This document shows positions 20,954 through 29,816 of a stretch of 64,000 bases of DNA, one piece after another. The stretch comes from an uncultured virus (IMG/VR IMGVR_UViG_3300044630_007810). Lineage: Duplodnaviria; Heunggongvirae; Uroviricota; Caudoviricetes. The notes beneath the pieces were generated by a model. That model ran no database searches. It saw only the letters and a list, made by a program, of their open reading frames with translations, and was not told where the DNA came from. Location: the IMG/VR virus record IMGVR_UViG_3300044630_007810; one strand, written 5' to 3'. Positions within the stretch are counted from its first letter, which is position 1. Every line of letters begins with the position of its first letter. The translations under genes were made by a program, and so were the position numbers.

Positions 20954-21494
20954 ATGCCAATAGATTCAGAAAGCAAACGGGGGGTATAATATATCAGATA
21001 ATAATATTTTTGATTGGGTTGATTATTATCCATATGAAATTAGCGGCAACAGATTTAAACTAGAAAGAAGGTATATTCCAAGTAAAATGGAGATTAATCA
21101 ACGTAATCTTAACATAAGGGACGGGATTTGTAGTCATTAATTCTAGTGTCGAACCAACTTCAAATTTTTCAGACTTGTCATTTATTTATCCGAATAATAA
21201 TCTTATTACAGATAATTTAGCATACGAACAACTTGACATTAAAAAAGAATATTTAGGCTTTTCAAATAAAAGCGAAATAAGTGACCTTCCATTAAAAATA
21301 GGAGTTCATTGGAATTCTGTGCATTTTTTTGGAGGATATGGTGTTCAATAGTATCCTTTTACCGAAAAGACCCAAGTGCGTTTAAAAATTTAAATCAATT
21401 TCTTCAATTTAGGGAAGGAAATTCACCAAGTTTTCCTAAGGGTTATTATAAGAAAACTCCACTTCCAGTTAATTATAAAGGTCCATACGTATAA
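20954..21494 (+). pseudogene. Fragmented gene downstream of the fibre gene
   Basis: ATG at 20954, then consecutive open stretches in different frames (NIFDWVDYYPYE; TGFVVINSS...HFFGGYG; YRKDPS...GPYV*). Confidence 0.45.
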
Positions 21495-21506
21495 ATAAAA
21501 TATGTA

Positions 21507-21887
21507 TCAAGGTAAATCTATTCGAAAATTATTATTTTCAATAATTTTTGGTTTATCTTGTACGTGTTTTACTTTATTTTTCTTTTTGTATTCATTGAAA
21601 AATTTTCTTTTTATCGGATCTTCTGTGCCACATTTTTCCTCTCTTTTATTTGACATTTCTGAAGAGTAGTCGATTAGATCTCCATATGTGCCTTTCATTT
21701 TACCAGTTTTTTCGACGAACTCTTTTGATGAAAATGGGTCCACATGAGAGTCAATTGAAGCCTGAGGTATAGTAAAGACTCTTTTCCATTCAACATCATC
21801 TTCGAAATAAACATGAGCTTCATTCATAGTCTGAACGATTTCTTTGTAAATTTCATCATTTGGATGTTTGTAAATATAAGTAGGCAT
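21507..21887 (-). CDS. FmdB-like small protein lacking the zinc cysteines
   Basis: MPTYIY...EIVQTMNE...WKRVFT N-terminus typical of FmdB-type proteins. Confidence 0.5.
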   Translation of the reverse strand: MPTYIYKHPNDEIYKEIVQTMNEAHVYFEDDVEWKRVFTIPQASIDSHVDPFSSKEFVEKTGKMKGTYGDLIDYSSEMSNKREEKCGTEDPIKRKFFNEYKKKNKVKHVQDKPKIIENNNFRIDLP

Positions 21888-22975
21888 TATTGTTTTATAG
21901 TTTCAAAAATTTTATCTATAGATTTTGAATAAGTAAATATATTTTTAAGTTTTTTTCCTTCTTCATTTACTGTTTTTGCAAGTTTTTCAGCTCTTTCAAA
22001 TCCATCGATAATTGATTCGTCTTTTATAAGATAATAATTACCTTGATTAAATGGCGCTCCTTGTCTAAAAAAGAAGTTATCATAACAAGGTTGTTTGTTA
22101 TTAGCTTCAATTAAAATAGAATTTTCTCTTGTAGCCCAATCTTTATGAGAAGAGCAATTTGAGACAACAGACCATTTGCCTAATGCTGTGGCGTTAAATG
22201 CTGGCAAGTTCCATCCTTCGCCATTGGATATACCAGATAAATCAATGTCTATAGCATTCATTAACTCATTAACTTCAGAATTTGTTTTAAGAAATGGAAG
22301 AAAATTAATATTTTTCCATTTTCTATTAGAAACGGTTTGATTTATAATTTGAGCAAAATCTTCTGGTTTAAAAAACGGATTATTGATTAAACATGTTAAT
22401 TGATATCTTGGATTATCTCCATACTTCTTTAACCAAAGTTGAATTATTCTTTGCGTATTCTTTCTGTGTTCAAGTTTTCCAATTAGTCCAAAATGAATCA
22501 CACCATTATCAAGATAGCTTTTATTTGTTTCAAAAAAATCTTCATCAAAACCAAGCGGTACATAAGATACGTTATTACATCCCTTAGATTTAAAAATATC
22601 GCAAGATTCTGATGATGAAAAAAATACGTGTTCTTGATTTGAAACTATATTAATCTCATCTTCTGTTGGAGAGTCTACTTCGTAAAATGTATACAAATAT
22701 TGTCTTTTAGAAAATCTTGATTCAGATCCATTTATATGCCAATTTTTCAAAACTGGAGTTTCATGATTAAAGGTTTTTAGCCTATTAAAAGAATTAAATT
22801 TAATCCATTCTAAAAAATCTTGATTAGCTCTATCAAAAGAATCAAAATTAGCCGAGTTGCCAACTGGAAAAATACTTGTTTTTACATTTCTTTTCCATAT
22901 TTCTTTTAGAAAATTATAAGATACATTACCAAGACTGAGTTGGTTAATTGGTCCGTCAAAAATTAAGTTGTTCAT
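21887..22975 (-). CDS. GT4 (GT-B) glycosyltransferase
   Basis: VPLGFD; GKLEHRKN; GEGWNLPAFNATALG. Confidence 0.8.
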   Translation of the reverse strand: MNNLIFDGPINQLSLGNVSYNFLKEIWKRNVKTSIFPVGNSANFDSFDRANQDFLEWIKFNSFNRLKTFNHETPVLKNWHINGSESRFSKRQYLYTFYEVDSPTEDEINIVSNQEHVFFSSSESCDIFKSKGCNNVSYVPLGFDEDFFETNKSYLDNGVIHFGLIGKLEHRKNTQRIIQLWLKKYGDNPRYQLTCLINNPFFKPEDFAQIINQTVSNRKWKNINFLPFLKTNSEVNELMNAIDIDLSGISNGEGWNLPAFNATALGKWSVVSNCSSHKDWATRENSILIEANNKQPCYDNFFFRQGAPFNQGNYYLIKDESIIDGFERAEKLAKTVNEEGKKLKNIFTYSKSIDKIFETIKQ

Positions 22976-23546
22976 TTGTTATTTTTTCTTGAAATTCTTT
23001 TATTGTTTTATTGTGTATGTTGATGCATCCTTGGATTGACAGTCCAACTTTTGACGCTATTTGCTTCCATGGTTTTAAAGATCCATTTATGTTTGAAAAA
23101 TATCTTTCTCTAAATATAATCTTTATTCTTTCATCGTAATGGTTATTTATTAAATTATAAATTTTTAAAAATGATTCATTTCTAGAAGATTCTTCACTTG
23201 GGTCGAAACCCTTGTATTCTTGAGTAAATTCAATTTCATCAAAATTAACAATATTAGAATTTTTCTTATTGTTTGTTTTATTTGTCAAGCAAAGATATTT
23301 AGTTTTTAGCGCCAGGTAGGTTGAAAACTTGCTCTTGCTTTCATCATATTCAAGCGCGGCTTTATAAATTTGATAGTTTTTATCTTCTACCATATCACTT
23401 ATTTGATTACTACTCAAAGATCTAGATCCAAATTTTTTAATCATATCAAGGTATATTCCAGAATGACGAGAAATAAGTTCTTTTAAAGCGCCCTCATCAT
23501 TGGACTCTTTTACTAAATTGGCTAATAATGGATCAGATGGTTGCAT
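22956..23546 (-). CDS. Phage RNA polymerase sigma factor (sigma70 family, regions 2 and 4)
   Basis: ALKELISRH; AALEYDESKSKFSTY (region 2); WKQIASKVGLSIQGCINIH (region 4 HTH). Confidence 0.8.
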   Translation of the reverse strand: MQPSDPLLANLVKESNDEGALKELISRHSGIYLDMIKKFGSRSLSSNQISDMVEDKNYQIYKAALEYDESKSKFSTYLALKTKYLCLTNKTNNKKNSNIVNFDEIEFTQEYKGFDPSEESSRNESFLKIYNLINNHYDERIKIIFRERYFSNINGSLKPWKQIASKVGLSIQGCINIHNKTIKEFQEKITNEQLNF

Positions 23547-24160
23547 TAGATAAGATATGATATATTTTTATAGTAAAAATCTTCACAAAAATTTCTAGCC
23601 ATTTCGTTTAACTCGATATCATTTTTAGCAGATGGCCAAATAATATTGAAATCAGAGTTTTTATTTAAAACTGGATCATTTCTTTTTTCATCTTCATTTG
23701 GCGGCAAAAGAAACTTTTTTTGTTTTTTTTGATTATCTATAACGCTATACCTTTTGATATGGATTAATTTACCGCCCATTTCATTTTTAAGCCAATGAAG
23801 CTCGTCAAAATCTTTATCAGCGTATCTCAAGTCTGAAATGATGCATAAATCATTGTTTTCTATACTAATCTTTTTTTGCAATGCTTCTATAAAATATCTA
23901 CCATTGCTAAGATTTCTTTTTGCTGAACCGTATGCAACTAAAAGTGGTCTTAAATTCTCTTTGTCTTGTCCTTCTAGGCTAAAAATGTCTTTATTAAATT
24001 TTTCGTAAATAAACGTAGACATCTCTTGCTTTAAAATTGAAGCGAAACTTTCTCTAGAAATTTTTAAGCCAGGGTTCATTTCAGAGATGACTTCTGAAAG
24101 TTTATCTGCAATTGTATCTTTGCCAGACCGAGCGATTCCTGATATAGCTATAACTTTCAT
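23546..24160 (-). CDS. Deoxynucleoside monophosphate kinase
   Basis: ISGIARSGKDT P-loop; SFA..LK; RPLLVAYG; IISDLRY. Confidence 0.8.
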   Translation of the reverse strand: MKVIAISGIARSGKDTIADKLSEVISEMNPGLKISRESFASILKQEMSTFIYEKFNKDIFSLEGQDKENLRPLLVAYGSAKRNLSNGRYFIEALQKKISIENNDLCIISDLRYADKDFDELHWLKNEMGGKLIHIKRYSVIDNQKKQKKFLLPPNEDEKRNDPVLNKNSDFNIIWPSAKNDIELNEMARNFCEDFYYKNISYLI

Positions 24161-24663
24161 ACGCCAGTGCTTCCAAAACCTAAAATATTTCTTTCAGTAT
24201 CATGGAATTCATTTACCTCTTTAAGAATAGGTATAATACTCTCACCAAAAACTAATTGCGCTATTTTATCTTTCATTTTGTAAATTTTGTTCTTATTTAT
24301 GTTAATGCATAACTTATTATTTTCGTAAATTTTATAATCAATTGGTTGAGCAATATATTTAAATCTAAGTTTAAGTGTCCCACGATAGCCGTTGTCTATT
24401 AAACCAATGGAATTGGCTAAAACAAGATTATATTTTGAAATCGAAGACCTTGGAAAGATATATGTATGATATCCCTCTTGAGGCTGAATAATTAAATTTG
24501 TTTCGTATTCAATAAAGTCAATCGAAAGATAATTTCCATCACCATCTAATTCAATTCCTTGAATTGAGGGTTCTGAACTCGCAATTATATCATAACCAGA
24601 ATCTCCTTTATTCTGAGGCGAGATTATAGAGTAAAAATTTGAAACATTCACAGTATCTAACAT
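24157..24663 (-). CDS. dut: dUTPase (trimeric)
   Basis: GDSGYD, PRSSIS, GLIDNGYRG, IAQLV, GFGSTG motifs. Confidence 0.92.
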   Translation of the reverse strand: MLDTVNVSNFYSIISPQNKGDSGYDIIASSEPSIQGIELDGDGNYLSIDFIEYETNLIIQPQEGYHTYIFPRSSISKYNLVLANSIGLIDNGYRGTLKLRFKYIAQPIDYKIYENNKLCININKNKIYKMKDKIAQLVFGESIIPILKEVNEFHDTERNILGFGSTGV

Positions 24664-24670
24664 ATCAACT

Positions 24671-24698
24671 AGTTTAACAAAAATATTTTTTTTGTCAA
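24671..24698 (-). promoter_or_regulatory. Sigma70-type promoter for the leftward block
   Basis: TTGACA-16 nt-TAAACT ending 7 nt before the dut ATG. Confidence 0.6.
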
Positions 24699-24712
24699 TA
24701 GTTTTTTTTATC

Positions 24713-24740
24713 TTGACAGATTTTTAAATAACCCTATAAT
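24713..24740 (+). promoter_or_regulatory. Consensus sigma70 promoter
   Basis: TTGACA-16 nt-TATAAT. Confidence 0.7.
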
Positions 24741-24769
24741 GTAAAGGGTTCGCTTTTTGAGGTTTCGTA

Positions 24770-24851
24770 AAAGAGTAAAGGTTAAGTAAAGAATAAAGAA
24801 TAAAGAGTAAAGGTTACGTAATATTATTACTCACTACGTTCGTAATAATAT
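24770..24851 (+). repeat. Direct repeats plus hairpin in the divergent intergenic region
   Basis: AAAGAGTAAAGGTTA at 24770 and 24802; TAAAG recurring at 7-nt spacing; ATATTATTAC (24821) / GTAATAATAT (24842) inverted repeat. Confidence 0.7.
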
Positions 24852-24909
24852 GGGAAAAAAATTATTTAAGAAAAATTTGCTTGCTAAAATATTCATGATC
24901 CCATAGACT

Positions 24910-24915
24910 GTGTAA
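24910..24915 (+). promoter_or_regulatory. GTGTAA motif
   Basis: 8 nt upstream of the nrdB ATG. Confidence 0.55.
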
Positions 24916-24923
24916 AATTAACT

Positions 24924-25895
24924 ATGATATTCGAAGAGCAAATTTCTCGCAAACCAAACAAATATCCTTGGACAGAACAATTTATCGAGGCTATGCATAA
25001 TGGTTTTTGGACAGATAAAGAGTTTTCATTTAAGGCTGACATGCAACAGTTTAAAACAGAACTAACAGATCAAGAAAGAGAAACAATTATTCGTACTTTA
25101 TCGGCAATTGGTCAAATTGAAGTAGCGGTAAAAACATTTTGGGCTAAGCTTGGCGAAAATCTGCCACACCCATCTCTTCAAGATCTTGGTTATGTAATGG
25201 CTAATATCGAAGTTATTCATAATAACGCATACGAAAGACTTATTAGCATCCTTGATTTAGAAGACGTTTTTGATGAAAACCTTAAACTTGAATGGATTCA
25301 AGGAAGAGTAAAATACCTAAAAAAGTATACCCATAAATTTTATAAAGACTCTAAGAAACAATATCTTTATGCTTTGATTCTATTTACGTTATTTGTTGAA
25401 AATGTTTCTTTGTTTTCACAGTTCTACGTTATTAACTGGTTTGCGAGATTTAAAAATGTTCTGAAGGACACAGATCAACAGGTAAAATATACTCGCAACG
25501 AAGAGAATATTCATGCTTTAGTTGGTATTAAAATTATTAATACTATCCGTGACGAACATCCAGAGCTTTTTGATGAAGAACTCCAGGAAAGGATTCTACA
25601 CGAAGCTGAAGAAGCTTTTAAATCAGAATCAAAAATTGTTGATTGGATGATTAACGAAATTAATCAAGACGGATTATCCGCAGATATCTTAAAAGAATTT
25701 ATTAAAAATAGAATTAATGAATCTTTATCTCAAATTAATTTTCCAAAAGTATTTAAAATTGATCAAAATCTTATATCATCTACAACATGGTTTGATGAAG
25801 AACTTTTAGGCAACAACATGACTGATTTCTTTCACTCAAGACCAGTGGAATACAGCAAGAAGAATCAATCATTCAGTGAAGACGATTTGTTTTAA
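24924..25895 (+). CDS. nrdB: Ribonucleotide reductase class I, beta subunit
   Basis: FWTDKEF, EVIHNNAY, ENVSLFSQF, RNEENIH, TDFF...VEYSK. Confidence 0.95.
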   Translation: MIFEEQISRKPNKYPWTEQFIEAMHNGFWTDKEFSFKADMQQFKTELTDQERETIIRTLSAIGQIEVAVKTFWAKLGENLPHPSLQDLGYVMANIEVIHNNAYERLISILDLEDVFDENLKLEWIQGRVKYLKKYTHKFYKDSKKQYLYALILFTLFVENVSLFSQFYVINWFARFKNVLKDTDQQVKYTRNEENIHALVGIKIINTIRDEHPELFDEELQERILHEAEEAFKSESKIVDWMINEINQDGLSADILKEFIKNRINESLSQINFPKVFKIDQNLISSTTWFDEELLGNNMTDFFHSRPVEYSKKNQSFSEDDLF

Positions 25896-25898
25896 TTT

Positions 25899-27563
25899 AT
25901 GAAGAGCGAAATATATTGGTTAAATAAAGATTCAAGAAAGTTTCTTGAAAGAGGTTATCTACTTGAAGGTGAAACCCCAGAGCAGAGAATTAAAGATGTA
26001 GCTGATAAAGCACAATATTTATTGGGTGACATGCATGGATTTTCAGATAAGTTCTATGATTATATGGCCAAAGGTTTTTACTCTTTATCAAGTCCAATCT
26101 GGAGTAACTTTGGCCGTGAAAGAGGTTTGCCAATTTCTTGTTTTGGCAGTTTTATCGCTGATGAAATGTCTTCTATTCTTGAAAAGATAGCGGAAGTGGG
26201 TCAAATGACTAAATGCGGAGGTGGAACAAGTGCATATTTTGGAGCATTACGTGGCAGAGGCGCAGAGATTTCATCTGGTGGCAAGTCTACTGGTTCAGTT
26301 CACTTCATGGAGCTTTATGATAAGTTAATGAATGTTGTTTCTCAAGGAAATGTTCGTAGAGGTTCTTTTGCCGCATATCTTCCAATTGATCATCCAGATA
26401 TTGAAGAGTTTCTTAAAATTCGTGGTGAAGGTCATGAAATTCAAGAGATGTCAATCGGGGTTTGTGTTTCTGATGAATGGATGAATAAAATGATCAATGG
26501 AGATAAAGAGGCTCGTAAAATATGGGGTCTTGTTATTAAAAAGCGTTTTGAGTCTGGATATCCTTATATCTTTTTCTCTGATAACGCTAACAACCAAGCT
26601 CCACAAATGTATAAAGATCAAGGATTAAAAATTAATAATTCAAATCTTTGCAATGAAATTATGCTTTCCAATTCAGAAGATGAATCATTTGTTTGTAATC
26701 TTTCATCACTTAATCTTGAAAAATGGGATGAGATTGCTGAAACAGATGCGGTCGAAACTCTTGTTTACTTCCTTGATGCAGTAATGTCTGAATTTATTCT
26801 TAAAACTGGATCTGGATTAAATACAGATAAATTTATGCGAGCGCCTCGTAAATTTGCTATTAATCAACGCGCTCTTGGCGTTGGTGTTCTTGGGTGGCAT
26901 TCACTACTTCAATCAAAATTGATTTCATTTGAATCAATTGATGCTAAATTACTTAATAGTCAAATTTGGAAAACTATTAGAGAAAGATCTGATAAAGCTA
27001 CATCTGAACTTGCAGATATCTTTGGAGAGCCATTTATGTTAAAGGGATATAGTCGTCGTAATTCAACCACTCTTGCAGTAGCACCTACTACCAGCAGTTC
27101 ATTTATTCTTGGTCAAGTATCACCATCTATTGAACCACTAAATAGTAATTACTTTGTTAAAGATCTTGCTAAAGGTAAGTTTACATATCGTAATCCATAT
27201 CTTGAGAAGCTTCTTAAAGAAAAGGGTAAAAATGATCAAGATACATGGAAAGATATTCTTACCCATGGTGGATCTGTTCAACATTTAGATTTTCTTACTA
27301 CAGAAGAAAAAAATATTTTTAAAACTTTTGGAGAAATCTCACAAAAAGAAATTGTAATACAGGCCGCACAAAGACAAAAGTATATTGATCAAGGACAATC
27401 TCTTAATTTAATGATTCCGCCAAACACAAAACCTAAAGAGGTTAATGAATTAATGATCTTTGCTTGGGAGCAAGGAATTAAAGGATTATATTATCAACGC
27501 TCAAGCAATCCAGCTCAAGAGCTTAGTAGATCAATCTTATCATGTTCAACATGTGAATCTTAA
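25899..27563 (+). CDS. nrdA: Ribonucleotide reductase class I, alpha subunit (short, no ATP cone)
   Basis: PISCF, SNLCNE, VCNLSS, APTTSSS, YYQR, C-terminal CSTCES. Confidence 0.95.
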   Translation: MKSEIYWLNKDSRKFLERGYLLEGETPEQRIKDVADKAQYLLGDMHGFSDKFYDYMAKGFYSLSSPIWSNFGRERGLPISCFGSFIADEMSSILEKIAEVGQMTKCGGGTSAYFGALRGRGAEISSGGKSTGSVHFMELYDKLMNVVSQGNVRRGSFAAYLPIDHPDIEEFLKIRGEGHEIQEMSIGVCVSDEWMNKMINGDKEARKIWGLVIKKRFESGYPYIFFSDNANNQAPQMYKDQGLKINNSNLCNEIMLSNSEDESFVCNLSSLNLEKWDEIAETDAVETLVYFLDAVMSEFILKTGSGLNTDKFMRAPRKFAINQRALGVGVLGWHSLLQSKLISFESIDAKLLNSQIWKTIRERSDKATSELADIFGEPFMLKGYSRRNSTTLAVAPTTSSSFILGQVSPSIEPLNSNYFVKDLAKGKFTYRNPYLEKLLKEKGKNDQDTWKDILTHGGSVQHLDFLTTEEKNIFKTFGEISQKEIVIQAAQRQKYIDQGQSLNLMIPPNTKPKEVNELMIFAWEQGIKGLYYQRSSNPAQELSRSILSCSTCES

Positions 27564-27601
27564 TTTCCCAAAATTAATTTTTGCTTGTATATACATAAGC
27601 A

Positions 27602-27760
27602 ATGATTTTTCTACCTACAGACTCTGAAGTAAAAGAATCTAATGTTTTTTTTGACGAAAACCAAGGAGAAAAAATAGAAGATGAAACTTTGAATTTTATA
27701 ATTGGTAGAATTAAAAAAGAATTCTTTGATCAAGAAACTGAAAAAGAACTCTTTTTATAA
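27602..27760 (+). CDS. Small acidic hypothetical protein (52 aa)
   Basis: Open frame MIFLPTDSEV...KELFL* filling the nrdA-hsp20 gap; not in the supplied track. Confidence 0.45.
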   Translation: MIFLPTDSEVKESNVFFDENQGEKIEDETLNFIIGRIKKEFFDQETEKELFL

Positions 27761-27820
27761 AAAATTTTTACTGCATACCTAAATGGGTGCATTAAAAAAA
27801 CAAACTAACTAAAAAGTAGT

Positions 27821-28252
27821 ATGACTATGACATTAAAATACAATAACCTATCGTCCCCCTTTATTTTTGAAGGGGATATTTTCAAGAAAATGTTTAATTA
27901 TCTTGAAACAAATCATGAAAATGATATTTGGACCTCTGATCCTTATGATATCTATAAGGATAAAGATGGAAATATTATTCTTGAATTCGCCCTAGTTGGG
28001 CTAGAACAAGAAGATATCAAAGTATTTGTTTCTGGACAAACATTAAAAGTTGAAGCATTAGCAAAAGAAAAAACCAACAAGGGTGAGGTTTATCATCAAA
28101 AAATATCTCGCCGTAGCATTAAAAAGCAATTTACTTTGCATGATAATGTTGATAAAGATGCAATTGACGCATCATATAAAAATGGTTTACTTTCTATTAA
28201 AATACCTCTTGAAAAAGAACAAAAAAGAGATATAACTATAAAAGTTAAGTAG
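27821..28252 (+). CDS. Small heat shock protein (Hsp20/alpha-crystallin)
   Basis: PYDIY...LEFALVG...DIKV...DASYKNGLLSIKIP. Confidence 0.9.
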   Translation: MTMTLKYNNLSSPFIFEGDIFKKMFNYLETNHENDIWTSDPYDIYKDKDGNIILEFALVGLEQEDIKVFVSGQTLKVEALAKEKTNKGEVYHQKISRRSIKKQFTLHDNVDKDAIDASYKNGLLSIKIPLEKEQKRDITIKVK

Positions 28253-28271
28253 TCCTTATTCAATAAATTTG

Positions 28272-28303
28272 AATCTCTAGGCTTCTAACTTAGAGATTTT
28301 TTT
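28272..28303 (+). terminator. Intrinsic terminator after hsp20
   Basis: AATCTCTAGG-7 nt-CTTAGAGATT followed by a T run. Confidence 0.6.
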
Positions 28304-28879
28304 ATGAATATATTACAAATAGGATGCCATCACGGAAACGACGAAGTTTTTAAATTTATTGAAAACAATAAAAATTTAATTAAAAAAATTATTTTGATTG
28401 ATGCCAATCAAAAAAGTTTAGAATTAGCACGAAGTACATATAAAAATATTGAAAACGTAGAATTTTTTAATTATGCGGTTTTGCCAATTGACATTGGAAA
28501 AACAAAAATAAATCTTTATCTTCCAGCAGAAGATGAAACTTCCGCTTGGACATGTATAAATTCGGAATTTGTTTCCGCACACGCGCATCATAATAATTTA
28601 GTTTCCATAGAATCACCGACAATAAGCTTATCGAAATTACTTATCAATCATTCAGATACAACTAATCTTTTTATAGATACAGAGGGCTTAGATGTTTTAA
28701 ATTTATTTAGCGTTAATTTCGATCAATTCCCCTCTCTTAAAGAAGTTACATTTGAATTCATCCATTCTGATGGAATTGTAAGATCAGGGAACAGATTGAA
28801 TGCATTATTGATGTATTTAGCTAGATTTGGGTTTTCCTTCTCTGAGGAGGGATACAATATAATTGCTATTAGATCATAA
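28304..28879 (+). CDS. FkbM-family methyltransferase
   Basis: LQIGCHHG; IDAN; LFIDTEGLD; FEFIH. Confidence 0.75.
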   Translation: MNILQIGCHHGNDEVFKFIENNKNLIKKIILIDANQKSLELARSTYKNIENVEFFNYAVLPIDIGKTKINLYLPAEDETSAWTCINSEFVSAHAHHNNLVSIESPTISLSKLLINHSDTTNLFIDTEGLDVLNLFSVNFDQFPSLKEVTFEFIHSDGIVRSGNRLNALLMYLARFGFSFSEEGYNIIAIRS

Positions 28880-28882
28880 TTT

Positions 28883-29650
28883 ATGATAGAGTATTTAATA
28901 TTAGACTATGAAAGAGAAGAAGAATCTACTCTTCTTTTAAATAGCATAAAACAATATAGCAATTTTCCACATTGTGTAACTTTTCTTTCAAATGGTGGTC
29001 GTCATGATTACGCAATTAAATTAAAAGAACAAGGGCTAATTAATAAGTTAATTTTAAATGATGTAAATGTTGGATGTGGAGCAGGAACAATTCAATTATT
29101 TGCTCAATGTCAAAGTAAATATGCTTTTTATATTCAGTCAGATCATATTTTAGCCGCAGAACTAAATAATGAACATATTGAAATTTTTATTGATTTAATA
29201 GAAGAGAAAGGATTTTCTTATGTTGATTTAGCGGGAGATCAATGTCATGGTAAATATTCTGAAAGAGCGCAATTTATTTCTGTTGAATTTTATAATTCAA
29301 TACCAAAATCAATTGGAGGTCCAGGGCCATGGCATAAAATTAAATGGACCGAAGAATGTATACAAAATTATATCATTGAAAATAAATTAACTTACCAAAG
29401 TGTTTATTTTAATTCTACAATACCAATATTTTTAAATAACGGGAAATGGAGTCATAGGAGCAATCCTGATGGAAGTATGTGGAAACACAGAACAGATACA
29501 AAAGAGTTGTGGATGATAAAAAAACCAACTGAAAAATTTGATTTTCCATATTTTAATGATGAAGAATGGGAGCTTGTACTAAATAATGGTTGGATTGATG
29601 GAGAAATACCAGAAAAAGAAAAAAAACATAGCTTTACTTATTGGCAATAA
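28883..29650 (+). CDS. GT2-like glycosyltransferase
   Basis: LLLNSIK...FLSNGG...NVGCGAG...FYIQSDH, GT-A pattern. Confidence 0.65.
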   Translation: MIEYLILDYEREEESTLLLNSIKQYSNFPHCVTFLSNGGRHDYAIKLKEQGLINKLILNDVNVGCGAGTIQLFAQCQSKYAFYIQSDHILAAELNNEHIEIFIDLIEEKGFSYVDLAGDQCHGKYSERAQFISVEFYNSIPKSIGGPGPWHKIKWTEECIQNYIIENKLTYQSVYFNSTIPIFLNNGKWSHRSNPDGSMWKHRTDTKELWMIKKPTEKFDFPYFNDEEWELVLNNGWIDGEIPEKEKKHSFTYWQ

Positions 29651-29704
29651 AATTTTTTAAATAAAAAATAGAAAACATTTATTTTATTTAATAAAATAGT
29701 CCAA

Positions 29705-29763
29705 ATGCAAAACAAACTATGGCTTACTGGATTAACATCTAGTGGAAATTTAGAAAATTTAAA
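29705..29763 (+). pseudogene. Remnant 5' end of the GT-like gene (duplicate of 30453-30502)
   Basis: MQNKLWLTGLTSSGN vs KEKLWLTGLTSEGN; 41/50 nt identical. Confidence 0.7.
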
Positions 29764-29816
29764 TTTTGAATTATTTAGAACTTCAGCGTGGGGCGTTTTT
29801 ATAAAAAGATTAAAAG

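Noticed and set aside
24664..24923. NrdR boxes or a tRNA upstream of nrdB
   Set aside because: No convincing NrdR palindrome or cloverleaf seen
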